Notes: generated by a model not told the origin, from the letters alone. A stretch of DNA of 64,000 bases from Flavobacterium sp. (GCA_020403245.1 JADBYA010000006.1:25494-89493), one strand, 5' to 3'; counted from the stretch's first letter, positions 37,684-48,429 are shown. Translations and numbers: made by a program.

Positions 37684-37908
37684 TAAAATTTACGTAAAAG
37701 AGAATGAATTAGGGGCGTAAGATTCTGCATTCAACGGCAACATACAAAGTTTGAAACGCAATGGCGATTTTGATTCTAACATTTATGGTTTTATGGAAAT
37801 TGATGATTTAGTGTATGACAATGCTCGGATATGTTCAAGGTCTATATGCACTCATACTTCGTCAGTTCTCTTCGCTCGGGTAAATTCGCTGTTTTATATT
37901 GATTTTGA

Positions 37909-38697
37909 TTAATCTGTATCTGGTGCATCAGGCAATGGCTGGTGTACTTTATGAGGAATATTCCATCGTACATCAAATCTAAAAATGTTTGTTGTCCAAT
38001 CGGGATTCATGTCTTTATTAGCTCTATCTAATTGTATATGGTATATAAAGTTCAATGACCATTGTTTGTCTATTATATACCCTACACCAAATCGTTGTCT
38101 AAAACGCTCCATATACCCTTTTTCAAAGGTGTAAAAACACTCAAAATCGGTAATCCCATACCAAGAATTGGCTTGCCACGGATTTTTCCCAACAGGAAAT
38201 TCGATGCCAAACCTACTGCGAATTCTGTTATTGGTTTTGTTTAAGTCCTTATTTTCATAATTAAAACTACGCAATTCGTATCGCGTCCAGTTATAAATAC
38301 GGAGGTCATTCGTATTCGGGAGATTGATCTTTTCGCCCAATACATATCGGATTTCTTTACTGTCCTTATTGATTTCGGATTTGTCATTATTTAGTATCAG
38401 AAAACAACCTGCTTGAAGTTGGAAATTTGTTTTTGTTTTATAAACAAGCAGACCTGGGAGACCAATATAGGTTGAAATAATTTTACTATCCGTATTGTTA
38501 ACATATCCAAAATAAGTAGTAGCGTAAAACTTTTCACTGATGGGATAAGTAGGAACTACGATAAGGCGGTATTCGTTATCTATTGCTTCTTGAGCGTATA
38601 TGGATTTAGAATTCAAAAAAGAAATTCCAATCAGCATAACAACTATCGCATGACGCATACTGATTATATTTTTTATTGAGACTTGTTCTTTATACAT
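37909..38697 (-). CDS. Outer-membrane beta-barrel protein (DUF2490-like)
   Basis: Signal peptide MRHAIVVMLIGISFLNSKSIYAQ, so the true start is probably the ATG at 38658. Strand-rich and aromatic-rich, with a C-terminal barrel-like pattern. Confidence 0.5.
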   Translation of the reverse strand: MYKEQVSIKNIISMRHAIVVMLIGISFLNSKSIYAQEAIDNEYRLIVVPTYPISEKFYATTYFGYVNNTDSKIISTYIGLPGLLVYKTKTNFQLQAGCFLILNNDKSEINKDSKEIRYVLGEKINLPNTNDLRIYNWTRYELRSFNYENKDLNKTNNRIRSRFGIEFPVGKNPWQANSWYGITDFECFYTFEKGYMERFRQRFGVGYIIDKQWSLNFIYHIQLDRANKDMNPDWTTNIFRFDVRWNIPHKVHQPLPDAPDTD

Positions 38698-38753
38698 GCT
38701 TACTTTGTTTGTGTATAGATTCTAATTTATGGTCCAACAAATGTTTAACCCAA

Positions 38754-39557
38754 TTACTTCGGATAAACAAAACTTAAAACCGCTCTAATTCCAAAATCAG
38801 GTCGGCTCACTGAAGGAACCGATACTGGAATTCTGGGACCTACAGCCAATTGTACCATTTGAGTGCCCAATTTTGTAATACCGCTTATCGTTGGGTTAAA
38901 GAAAACTGCTGTAGTTTTTCCTTCCCAGTTTTGGGTGATTTCAAAATTACCTCCTACTCCTGCACCACTTTTCCAATTGTATACAAAGAAGGGTTGCACA
39001 AACATTTGATTGACATCGGCTCGGTCTTCATTTCCCGCTATCGACCATATTTGATTGACCAATGCTCCATAGGTCCAACCATTTTTTTGTTTTAAAACTA
39101 CAGCCGTTGGTCCTACGCCAAGTTTTTCAGTTCCCAAAAGTTTATCGGTAGCGGTGGGTACCAAAATGGCTGGCCCAACGCCCCAAGTCAATCCGTTTTT
39201 GGCTTCGGCAGGTGAGAAAAAAGCGCTTACTAAAGCATCACTCAAGCCGCTTTGTTGCAGACCTGGCGCTGTTATATCATGTTGTGTGACAATAGGAAGT
39301 ACCACACGACTAATCAAATTCCATTTTTCAGAAATGGAAATCGGAATTACCGGTTGAAAATTTGTTGTATTTCTAGAACCATTAAATGCACCAATACCAA
39401 CATCGGTATTGTTTTGAAACGGCACACTGATAAGTGATGCAACTGGGTTGGCCAATTTTTTGGCTAATTCTTCCGCTGATTGAGCGGGTTTCTCTTGTGC
39501 ATTAATTGTTGCTATCGTAAGAGTGACAGCAAATAAAGTGAAGATTATTTTTTTCAT
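38754..39557 (-). CDS. Outer-membrane beta-barrel channel candidate (MetA/phenol-degradation-like OMP family)
   Basis: Signal peptide ...TIATINAQ. Gly-rich and strand-rich. C-terminus FGIRAVLSFVYPK. Lies directly downstream of the sulfatase gene. Confidence 0.45.
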   Translation of the reverse strand: MKKIIFTLFAVTLTIATINAQEKPAQSAEELAKKLANPVASLISVPFQNNTDVGIGAFNGSRNTTNFQPVIPISISEKWNLISRVVLPIVTQHDITAPGLQQSGLSDALVSAFFSPAEAKNGLTWGVGPAILVPTATDKLLGTEKLGVGPTAVVLKQKNGWTYGALVNQIWSIAGNEDRADVNQMFVQPFFVYNWKSGAGVGGNFEITQNWEGKTTAVFFNPTISGITKLGTQMVQLAVGPRIPVSVPSVSRPDFGIRAVLSFVYPK

Positions 39558-39834
39558 ATATTGATATTTAGCTTTATTTCGGTTATATGTAATTACCTGC
39601 CTGTCGGCTAACAGATTCGAGGAAAGCTCTCGAGTCGTATATAATCATTGGTGTTTATCTCATCGGTGAATATTTATTTTGGTATTCGATGATTTTCAAT
39701 TGCAACCAATTTTTATTTATGCTCATTTCATTTTATTCATTTTGGATATTTGATTCTATTTATTTTTAAAACGGCCAACTTCTAATTATAAATTAAAATG
39801 ATGACCGTTTGTCTATTTTTATTATCAATAAAAT

Positions 39835-42234
39835 TTATTCTTTGCTGAATGCTCTAGCAGCTTCTCTCTCTAAATCAAGATATTTCTCTTTACCAGTATT
39901 CACCGTCACAAAGCTAATTTCTCCACCTTCAAATTCACCTGGTGAAGAATATTGTTTACTCACTGGATCACCACTATCCCAGCCTACGCATAAACCATCA
40001 CCTACAAGAGTAAACTTCCCAACTTGTGCGGTCATAGCACCTGTAGCTACTTGCTTTTCATTGATATACAATTTAGCGGTACCCATAGACTCACCATGTG
40101 CTCCTGCTTTTTCTTTGGTAAATTCAACACCAAAAGTGTATTTTCCTGGTTTCAATATTTCGGTTGAAACTATTTGTTGCTCTGTGATTCCAAGGAAATT
40201 GTACACATAATACAATTTATGGTCTTTAATAAACAAGCTATGCCCACCAAAACGAGAACCGTGTGCAAAAATTACCCCCTTTGCATTAGCGGTAATTTCT
40301 ACATTAGCAATAATCTTGAACGATTTACCTCTAACACTAACTGCAACCGCTTCTGGAACTTGACTGGTATGTGGATAATAGGTATAACTATCTTTTTCTA
40401 CTTCCTCTGTTGGACGTGGTAATGTAATAATTTGCATAGTAGTACGGTCATCTAAAGGTAATGCATTGTTTTTCTTAGCTTCTTCCAACCATAACGCCTT
40501 CATCGCTTCTAATTTTTCAGGATATTGTTTGGCTAAATCTTTAGATTCAGAACGATCTACATCTACATGATACAATTCCCATTTATCTTGGTCAAATTTA
40601 CCTTTATCTGTTAAAGGAGCATGCACGGCAACGGCTTTCCAACCGTCTTGCCAAATAGCACGAGTACCTAACATAGAAAAATATTGTACGTGTTTTTGTG
40701 ATGGGTCGTTTGGCTTGGCATCAAAGCTGTATTTCATAGAAACTCCGGATAAAGGATATTGTTCTACACCTCTATACACTTTTGGCATTTCTAGTCCACA
40801 GATTTCTAGAATAGTTGGTACAATATCCACTGCATGATGGTATTGATTACGCACTTCGCCCCGGGCTTTAATTCCTTTTGGCCAAGTGATGGTCAATGGA
40901 CAATCGGTTCCACCAGCATAGTTGGAATAGCGTTTGAACATTTTGAAAGGAGTCGACAAAGCAGCAGCCCATCCAGTTGGATAATGCTCATAGGTGTTTG
41001 GTCCGCCAAGCTCATCAATCAATTTCATGTTTTCAGCTAAATCATCTGGGAAACCGTTGAAGAATTTATTTTCATTTACGGAACCATTTGGTGTTCCTTC
41101 TCCAGAAGCTCCGTTATCAGAAGCATACATAATAACGGTGTTTTCGTACTGCCCTGTTTTTTTCAAATAATCAATGATACGACCAATTTGTACATCGGTA
41201 TATTCTGAGAAGGCAGCATATACTTCGCACAAACGAGAGAATAATTTCTTTTCATCGGCGCTTAATGTATTCCATGGACGTACTGCGTCGGCTGGGTTTG
41301 CCATAGTTGCTGGCATTGGGTTCCATTCAGTAAGTGTAGTGCCTTTTGGTAAAATTCCTTTTTCTATCATTCTAGGTAATACCCATTTTCGGTAAGCATC
41401 ATACCCATCATCAAATTTACCTTTGTATTTAGCTATATAATCTGCTGGTGCTTGATGAGGTGCATGATTGGCTCCGGGACAGTACCACATAAACCAGGGT
41501 TTCGATGGATTTGCCGATTTTTGATCGCCTATCATTTTGATGGCTTGGTCGGCTAAATCTTTAGACAAATGATACCCTTTTTCTGGTCCATAAGGTGCTT
41601 CAATAGCATGGTTATCTTCGGTTAAATCAGGATAAAATTGATTGGTTTCGCCGCCAATAAATCCATAAAAACGGTCATATCCTTGTTGTAATGGCCATTG
41701 GCTCTTATTAGCACCCGCCGACAAATCTGTTTCGGGAACATTATGATTTTTTCCTAACCAAAAAGTACTCCAACCATTATCATTTAATATCTGTGCCATA
41801 GTAGCGGCTTGTGCAGGAAGTTGGCAACTAAATCCTGGGAATCCATTAGCACCTTCGGTAATAACACCCATACCATTAAGGTTGTGATTACGACCAGTAT
41901 TGATACAAGAACGCGTTGGTGAACACAATGCCACTGTTTGCCATTGGGTATAAGTCAATCCATCGGCAGCGAGTTTGTCCATTGTAGGCATATTGATTCT
42001 TCCACCATAGGGAGACCATGCTGCTAAACCAGTATCATCATAGAGAATAAACAAAATGTTTGGTGAACCTTCGGGGGCTTTTTTACGAATGTAAGGTCTC
42101 CAATCGGGTTTTGAATCGCGAACATCAAGTTTAATTTCAGCTTTAGAAGCTGGAGTTTGTGCTTGACTGTTGAAAGACAGTAATGCAGCTGCTCCTAGTA
42201 GTAAAATTTTAAATTTTGCATTCATAATTAACAT
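39835..42234 (-). CDS. Arylsulfatase (formylglycine-dependent S1 sulfatase) with C-terminal extension
   Basis: Signal peptide. Sulfatase signature CSPTRSCINTGRNHN (C-x-P-x-R). ILFILYDDTG metal site. 799 aa. Confidence 0.9.
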   Translation of the reverse strand: MLIMNAKFKILLLGAAALLSFNSQAQTPASKAEIKLDVRDSKPDWRPYIRKKAPEGSPNILFILYDDTGLAAWSPYGGRINMPTMDKLAADGLTYTQWQTVALCSPTRSCINTGRNHNLNGMGVITEGANGFPGFSCQLPAQAATMAQILNDNGWSTFWLGKNHNVPETDLSAGANKSQWPLQQGYDRFYGFIGGETNQFYPDLTEDNHAIEAPYGPEKGYHLSKDLADQAIKMIGDQKSANPSKPWFMWYCPGANHAPHQAPADYIAKYKGKFDDGYDAYRKWVLPRMIEKGILPKGTTLTEWNPMPATMANPADAVRPWNTLSADEKKLFSRLCEVYAAFSEYTDVQIGRIIDYLKKTGQYENTVIMYASDNGASGEGTPNGSVNENKFFNGFPDDLAENMKLIDELGGPNTYEHYPTGWAAALSTPFKMFKRYSNYAGGTDCPLTITWPKGIKARGEVRNQYHHAVDIVPTILEICGLEMPKVYRGVEQYPLSGVSMKYSFDAKPNDPSQKHVQYFSMLGTRAIWQDGWKAVAVHAPLTDKGKFDQDKWELYHVDVDRSESKDLAKQYPEKLEAMKALWLEEAKKNNALPLDDRTTMQIITLPRPTEEVEKDSYTYYPHTSQVPEAVAVSVRGKSFKIIANVEITANAKGVIFAHGSRFGGHSLFIKDHKLYYVYNFLGITEQQIVSTEILKPGKYTFGVEFTKEKAGAHGESMGTAKLYINEKQVATGAMTAQVGKFTLVGDGLCVGWDSGDPVSKQYSSPGEFEGGEISFVTVNTGKEKYLDLEREAARAFSKE

Positions 42235-42499
42235 TATTTAGTTTTTAGTTTTAAATAGAAAAACAATTATATTATATTATTCCAAAAATAAATAAATAGT
42301 AAAGATGTTAATTTGGTCATTATAAATCGAATTACTATAAATAACTTTTTACACAATAAAAATTGTCGTAAGTTATTGATTATTAGATTATATAAAGCAT
42401 AAGTGATTTTCAATAAAATAAGTGCCAAATTATGATTCAGTACAAAAATTTTGTTAAAATAATAAATTCGATTACTTTTAGGGTGGTAAAAACTGGTTT

Positions 42500-43621
42500 A
42501 TGAATTATAGCTTTTTAGAGTTATTTACTTTTTTTGGTGGTGCTTTGGGTATTATTCTATCTATTTCAGTTCTTTTTTCTTTTTCAGGCAAAAAGACTGT
42601 TAAGATTAGCATGGCGGCAGTTATATTAGTAACATCCTTAATGATTATTTTTGGAGCGCTTAATTTCTCTGGGAAAATTCAAAACTATATACACTTACTC
42701 CGTGTTGAAAGTCCTATTCATCTCCTATTTGGACCTGCAACCTATTTTTATGCAACGTCTTGTTTAAATGCTAATTTTAAATTTCAAAAAATTCATCTAC
42801 TTCACTTACTCCCGTTTATACTTAATGCTATTTGGTTTTTTCCATTTTATACTGAAAGTACGCAATATAAACTTCATTATTATGACACTTTTAAGTCAAG
42901 TGGTAGTATTGTAATTCCAATCCAATATTTAATCAAAACCATTAGTGGGATAATATACTTTATTGCACAACTATATGTAGCCAAAAAATACAATCTATTT
43001 ACTAAGCAACCACAACCTAAAAACAAAGAACTTTTTTATTGGCTCAATTTTTATTTTTTATGTCAATTTTTGCTATTATCAGGATTATTTATTGACCATC
43101 TCACTGGCTTATCATTGTTTAAAGACCCCTATTGCTTTGCCGTTACAATGGTAACAGTATTTCTGTATTTGATTGTATTAGGATTATTTTTTTCTCCTCG
43201 CCTTTTGTATGGATACTATTATGTAGAAAAAAACCAAATTGAAAAATATGCAAATTCCAACATTGACGATGGTTTTAAAAATAAAATTCTTGAAAAGTTA
43301 CAAACATATATGAAATTAGAAACCAAGCCATATTTAGAAACCAAGCTATCTTTGCAGCAAGTTGCCACAGATCTTTCGGTTACTAAACAAGAACTATCCC
43401 AAATTGTCAATGAAAAAGTGAATATGAATTTTAATGACTATATCAATTCATATCGTATCGAAGAGGCAAAAAAAATGCTTACCTCTTCTTTTTATAAAAA
43501 TATTACCATTGATGCAATTGCGCAAAAATCAGGATTTCATTCAAAATCAGCATTTTACAATTCTTTTAAAAAACAAGTTGGTGTTTTGCCAAAAGAATAT
43601 GCTCGTTTAAACCAACTGTAA
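42500..43621 (+). CDS. Membrane-bound AraC-family transcriptional regulator
   Basis: About 6-7 N-terminal TM helices followed by an AraC HTH (LSLQQVATDLSVTKQELSQIV...IDAIAQKSGFHSKSAFYNSFKKQVGVLPKEY). Confidence 0.85.
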   Translation: MNYSFLELFTFFGGALGIILSISVLFSFSGKKTVKISMAAVILVTSLMIIFGALNFSGKIQNYIHLLRVESPIHLLFGPATYFYATSCLNANFKFQKIHLLHLLPFILNAIWFFPFYTESTQYKLHYYDTFKSSGSIVIPIQYLIKTISGIIYFIAQLYVAKKYNLFTKQPQPKNKELFYWLNFYFLCQFLLLSGLFIDHLTGLSLFKDPYCFAVTMVTVFLYLIVLGLFFSPRLLYGYYYVEKNQIEKYANSNIDDGFKNKILEKLQTYMKLETKPYLETKLSLQQVATDLSVTKQELSQIVNEKVNMNFNDYINSYRIEEAKKMLTSSFYKNITIDAIAQKSGFHSKSAFYNSFKKQVGVLPKEYARLNQL

Positions 43622-43794
43622 GTTAATTATAGTTTAATTTTAGTTTGGATTTTATTTTTTCTAAAATTACACTTTACTTTTCATTATAGTGAAACCATCA
43701 ACTCTCAAAGAGATCAAAAAACTTTCAGGGTTTGAAAGAAACATAAAAACCACTATTTCTAGTGGCTTCTTTATTTACTTATTTAATTTATTAA

Positions 43795-44541
43795 TTAATC
43801 TTCATCTTCCTCATTTTCCATTTCGCAACCTTCTTCAATGTGGTCGCTTAATTGTGAGGCAAGTGCATTGTTTCCATCGGTATCATCAGGACCAATTTCT
43901 ATGATTCCATCACCATCACCATCAACAGCACTGCTAAGATTTACTTGGCTTAAGACTTGATTTAAATCAAAATTAAAAACCAAATCATAAGTACCATTTT
44001 CAATAACTAAGTTTTGAGCTGTATCTTCATAATCTATAGAAAAATCCTCATCAAAATTATGCCAAAACACAAATGGAGCTCCGTTTATTGTTCCTCTAAT
44101 TTCAACTGTTTTGGTATAAATTGGTGAAGTGGTTACTAAGCTTGGGCTTAATTCAAATTCTACTTCTTCATACGTTCCGTTTGGAATACTAACGGTAGTA
44201 ACTGGAGCAGTTTGATTTAATAAATCCAATACCCACGGACCGCTTAATTCTGTTTCATCATCATCATTATAGACTCCGTCATTATTATCTCCATCAGAAT
44301 CACCATTACTATCATCATCGTCACCGCTGTTCATTCCTTCAGCTACTTCAAACCCTATTTCACTTATGTTAACTTTGAAACTTGTAATTACGATATCGCT
44401 TGTATTTTTGTTACCCGCATTTGTATAGGTTGCTTTTGCTTTTATACGCAATGTTCCTTCTGAATAAGTGTTATCGCTAGAACATGATACCATCATGATT
44501 ACTAGCATTAAAAATCCGATAAGTCCTTTGAGCTTTTTCAT
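43795..44541 (-). CDS. Acidic lipoprotein of unknown function
   Basis: Lipobox MMVSCSS. Asp-rich tracts (NSGDDDDSNGDSDGDNNDGVYNDDDETE, VDGDGDGIIEIGPDDTDG) and an acidic C-terminus. Confidence 0.5.
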   Translation of the reverse strand: MKKLKGLIGFLMLVIMMVSCSSDNTYSEGTLRIKAKATYTNAGNKNTSDIVITSFKVNISEIGFEVAEGMNSGDDDDSNGDSDGDNNDGVYNDDDETELSGPWVLDLLNQTAPVTTVSIPNGTYEEVEFELSPSLVTTSPIYTKTVEIRGTINGAPFVFWHNFDEDFSIDYEDTAQNLVIENGTYDLVFNFDLNQVLSQVNLSSAVDGDGDGIIEIGPDDTDGNNALASQLSDHIEEGCEMENEEDED

Positions 44542-44805
44542 ATTTTTTTAAACAATTAGTTACTATAATAACTTGTTGGGCAAAATTAATAAAAAAAAAC
44601 TCATTGTTATTTTATAGAAAAAATATTTTGTTTGCCATTTAAGCTATTAGGTGAATTGATTTTTTTAGTTCTAAGTTACCGTTTGTTGGTTTTAGAATAA
44701 AAAAAACTATCGCTGCTTCACTACACATTAAAAACACAGTTACTTAATAACTCTGACATTACCAACTCGTTTTTTAGAAAATATCCCAAATCCATATTTA
44801 AAAAT

Positions 44806-44842
44806 CCGTTTTATCAGCGCAAATAAAACCGTTTTATCAGCG
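44806..44842. repeat. Tandem direct repeat CCGTTTTATCAGCG x2 (23-bp period) in a divergent intergenic region
   Basis: Identical 14-mers at 44806-44819 and 44829-44842, read directly. They lie 112-148 nt upstream of the ATG at 44954. Confidence 0.6.
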
Positions 44843-44953
44843 TTCAATCCATCACAATCCAAAACAAGATTTTTTTATTCCAACCAAATCACTATTTTAG
44901 TCCCACATTTAATATCAAAAAATCTATTAGTCTAAAAATCTAAACATTCAAAA

Positions 44954-45478
44954 ATGAAACTCCTCGGAATAAGCTCAAGAATAAACCATCCCCAATTCGG
45001 CAAAGGTGTAATAACCAATGTATCTTCCAATGAATACTGGGTAACTTTTATAGACTCAGGACTAGAGACCATCGCTATCGACTCCGAATTCGAAGTCATT
45101 GAAGCCACAGATAACGAACTAGACATAGTCAGCTTTTATGAAATTGAACAAAGCTTACTCTCCATCCTAAAAAAATGGAACGGACTGGGCGAACCAGTAG
45201 CCATAGCCGACAAGTGGAAAGGCGGCAACCTAAAACTAGAACCTGGACAAGCAGGTGTGCAAGGAAAAGATGTACCCATAGATGTATTTTTCCACAAAAT
45301 AGTCATGCTTCGAGACCGCCTTCGGGTAATGGAACAAAAGATAAACTCCAGCAACATCGAAGAAATAGAAAAGGTAGAACTCCAACAATACATTACCCGT
45401 ATCTATGGAACACTCACCACATTTAACGTGTTATTTAAATCGCAAAACCAGTATTTTGTAGGCGAAAAAACTAAGTAA
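44954..45478 (+). CDS. Hypothetical cytoplasmic protein
   Basis: 174-aa ORF. No family recognised. Confidence 0.5.
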   Translation: MKLLGISSRINHPQFGKGVITNVSSNEYWVTFIDSGLETIAIDSEFEVIEATDNELDIVSFYEIEQSLLSILKKWNGLGEPVAIADKWKGGNLKLEPGQAGVQGKDVPIDVFFHKIVMLRDRLRVMEQKINSSNIEEIEKVELQQYITRIYGTLTTFNVLFKSQNQYFVGEKTK

Positions 45479-45595
45479 TTATAATTCATAATTAAAAAAC
45501 TATATTTTGTTATCACAAAACAAAACGCCTCTACATCTGCTTTAAAAAACTATGAGTCTATGTGTTTAAAAATAAATGAAAATCAATCACACCAA

Positions 45596-45603
45596 TAGGT
45601 TTG
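45596..45603 (+). promoter_or_regulatory. -7 promoter box (TAnnTTTG) for sodC
   Basis: TAGGTTTG, 38 nt upstream of the ATG at 45641. Confidence 0.4.
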
Positions 45604-45640
45604 TATTTTAGTACCTTTATATCACTAAATTAAAATACTT

Positions 45641-46165
45641 ATGAAAAGAACAATAACGGCTATAGTCCTATTTGGACTAATCATATTAGGATGCAAAAGT
45701 TCCTCTAGCAACACCGTCAGCACCTTAAAACTCGTTTTTGAAACCAAAAGCAACAGTGGCGTAACAGGAACAGCCACTTTTACTCAAAAGAACAACGAAG
45801 TAACAATGATAGCCAAACTAGCTGGACTAAAACCTGGTGAACACGCCATTCACATTCATGAAAAAGCCGATTGTTCTGCTACCGATGCTGCATCAGCAGG
45901 TGGACATTGGAATCCAACATTTAAAAAACACGGAAAATGGGGAGATATTGAATGTCATAAAGGCGATATAGGCAACTTCCTAGCCGATGAAAAAGGAAAT
46001 GCTATTATCACCTTCAAAACCGATGAATGGTGCATCAGCTGCGGCGATGAGACTAAAGACATCGTTAACAAAGGATTAATTGTTCACGAAAAGCCAGATG
46101 ATTTTGTGACACAACCTACAGGAGCTGCAGGGGCAAGAGTTGCGTGTTCGGGGATTATCAAATAG
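45641..46165 (+). CDS. sodC: Cu/Zn superoxide dismutase lipoprotein
   Basis: Lipobox IILGCKS. HAIHIHEKADC, GGHWNP, GDIGN, and C-terminal RVACGII-type motif (RVACSGII). Confidence 0.9.
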   Translation: MKRTITAIVLFGLIILGCKSSSSNTVSTLKLVFETKSNSGVTGTATFTQKNNEVTMIAKLAGLKPGEHAIHIHEKADCSATDAASAGGHWNPTFKKHGKWGDIECHKGDIGNFLADEKGNAIITFKTDEWCISCGDETKDIVNKGLIVHEKPDDFVTQPTGAAGARVACSGIIK

Positions 46166-46174
46166 CTTTTTTTT

Positions 46175-47374
46175 ATGATTAACCCATCGGTTCCCGGCTG
46201 GATAGATAAATTTTTCGCAGAGCAAAATCAAGTGCCTCACCCTTTTCCTGAGAGTACGATTGATTTCTATACTCAAACAAGAGCTACGGGTTTTATCTTT
46301 GGACACATCATCAGTTTTGATGTTACTTTTCCCATTGAAATCACCAATCGCTTGCCTCAAGAGATTTCAAAGATAGGGATGCTCAACACACTCTATCAAA
46401 TGTTTCGATTGGTTAAAAAAAATAATAACTATACTGAATTCATCTCGGATACTATTGCTTTTTACAACTCATTGACCACAAAAGGATTTAATCCTTTACA
46501 GAAAATATTACCTAGCAGTACAGTATCAAGTAAGCTAGAAAAGATATTGCACGAAAGGGTTCAAACCAACGCAGATTTATTTACCAAAAACTTTTCGCAT
46601 GCTATTACCAATGCTATGCTCTTTGTTGATGTTTTGGCCTTCAAACAGCACCTCGAAAAAGGAAGCATTCCCGATAAATATTTGAATAAAATAGAGGGAA
46701 TCGTTATGAGCATTGTTTCACTTTCACTAAAATCAAAGACGAATATATCACATCACGATGCTTTATTACTGAAACTGTTTGATGCTTCTGTGCGGTATTC
46801 AAAGTCTTCAACCACTGAAATTAAAACAATTAATGATTTAGAATTGAATTACCTTCAAAATGACTTAGAGAAGTTTTATATGATTGATTTGGCAGGAATC
46901 AGTTTGTGGAGTGATGAAAAAGTTGAAAACGAAGAACGCTACTTTTTGTTTAAGCTTGGCGAAAGTCTTAGCATTGATGATAGTTTTGTATTGAGCAGTA
47001 TTACATTTATCAATAATTTTATTGCCAATTACAAAAAGGAAATACCCTATTTTAATTACTCCAATCCGGTGAAACACTTTTACGATCAAACTTCGGATAG
47101 TGTTGTTGTCCTAATAAACCGAAACAAAAAAAGGATACTCAAGGAAATATCTCAAAGTAAAGAGTTGATGCAATTACTCGCAAAGTCAACCCACAAAGAG
47201 TTGGACAAAGAGGAAAAGAAGAAAATGAAACGGCAGTTACTGGATGTGTGTAAAAGCATACCGTCACTCACTATTTTCTTAATGCCTGGAGGAGGTTTCT
47301 TATTGCCATTGTTGATTAAGTTTATCCCGACATTGCTTCCATCCTCATTTAATGAAAATATAGAGGATAGATAA
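46175..47374 (+). CDS. Hypothetical protein with LETM1-like C-terminal membrane segment
   Basis: 399 aa. Lys/Glu-rich helix, then IPSLTIFLMPGGGFLLPLLIKFIPTLLPSSF. Assignment is tentative. Confidence 0.4.
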   Translation: MINPSVPGWIDKFFAEQNQVPHPFPESTIDFYTQTRATGFIFGHIISFDVTFPIEITNRLPQEISKIGMLNTLYQMFRLVKKNNNYTEFISDTIAFYNSLTTKGFNPLQKILPSSTVSSKLEKILHERVQTNADLFTKNFSHAITNAMLFVDVLAFKQHLEKGSIPDKYLNKIEGIVMSIVSLSLKSKTNISHHDALLLKLFDASVRYSKSSTTEIKTINDLELNYLQNDLEKFYMIDLAGISLWSDEKVENEERYFLFKLGESLSIDDSFVLSSITFINNFIANYKKEIPYFNYSNPVKHFYDQTSDSVVVLINRNKKRILKEISQSKELMQLLAKSTHKELDKEEKKKMKRQLLDVCKSIPSLTIFLMPGGGFLLPLLIKFIPTLLPSSFNENIEDR

Positions 47375-47475
47375 GAGGTTCTCGATTAGCTGAGCACCGT
47401 TTGGCTATGCTTCGGGTCAATCCCCATTAAAATTGGAATACTCAAACAGACGACTTGTTTTGTATAACAAAAGGT

Positions 47476-48405
47476 TTATAGGGTATAATTATCAATCCAT
47501 GAAAAATAATTCGTTTTTAAATTAGTTTTTTCATCTCTGATGTATTTTATGTATGCTTCGGCAACAGGACTCATCGATTTGTTTTTTAACCATACCAAAT
47601 GCCAATTAGACTGTATAGGAAATCCTTTCATAGGTATGATTTTTAAGTCACCGTTTTCCAATTCGTTCTTTAATCCTATAATGGGCATAATCGAATAGCC
47701 AATTCCGGCAATAACGGCTTGTTTGACCGCTTCATTTGAAGTTAGTTGTATTTTTTTGGAAGATTGTAAACCATTTCGATATAGATAATTTTCCATAACT
47801 AATCGTGTTGCAGAACCTTCTTCCCTGTATATTAAAGGAAACGCATTAAATAAATCTAAATCATTATTTAGTATTTCTGAAACTGCATTTTTATTTCCAA
47901 TTAAATATAACTTATTTTCAAGTAAAATCTCAGACTGCAATTGAATATCATCTGGCAAAATTGAAACCAATGCAAAATCAACTTCATTGTTTTCAAGACT
48001 TTTTACGACTTTCGATTTATTGGTAACATCCATTACAAGATCAATCCCTTTATTTTGATTTAAAAAATCGGACAAAAAATAAGGCATAACATATTTGCCG
48101 GTAGAAACCACTGATAATGCTAATTTACCTGAAAAAATTCCTCTAAACGTTTTTGATTTGTAGTTTATCGTAGCCACTTCATCTAGTACTTTTTGAGCCG
48201 TAATTGCAATTTCAGAACCGAAATGTGTTACATATAATTGTCTTCCAATGACTTCTGTTAATGGAATATCAAATTGTTCTTGAAGTCTCTTTAATTGTAT
48301 AGAAACGGCAGGTTGGGTTAAATTCAATTCTATGGCGGCTTTTGTGATACTCTTCGTTTGTGCAATTTTCAGGAATATCTGTAATTGATGTAAAGTATAA
48401 TGCAT
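47476..48405 (-). CDS. LysR-family transcriptional regulator (possibly CbbR/CmpR-like N-terminus)
   Basis: HYTLHQLQIFLKIAQTKSITKAAIELNLTQPAVSIQLKRLQEQF HTH plus a LysR substrate-binding domain. Divergent from the 48484 operon. Confidence 0.9.
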   Translation of the reverse strand: MHYTLHQLQIFLKIAQTKSITKAAIELNLTQPAVSIQLKRLQEQFDIPLTEVIGRQLYVTHFGSEIAITAQKVLDEVATINYKSKTFRGIFSGKLALSVVSTGKYVMPYFLSDFLNQNKGIDLVMDVTNKSKVVKSLENNEVDFALVSILPDDIQLQSEILLENKLYLIGNKNAVSEILNNDLDLFNAFPLIYREEGSATRLVMENYLYRNGLQSSKKIQLTSNEAVKQAVIAGIGYSIMPIIGLKNELENGDLKIIPMKGFPIQSNWHLVWLKNKSMSPVAEAYIKYIRDEKTNLKTNYFSWIDNYTL

Positions 48406-48429
48406 AAATAAATTTAATGTATGTCATAA

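Noticed and set aside
37684-37908. A 225-nt non-coding spacer after uvrA containing CACTCATACTTCGTCAGTTCTCTTCGCTCGGG-like sequence. I considered an sRNA or a repeat remnant.
   Set aside because: I could find no stable hairpin, promoter box or second copy in the window. It cannot be distinguished from decayed intergenic DNA here.
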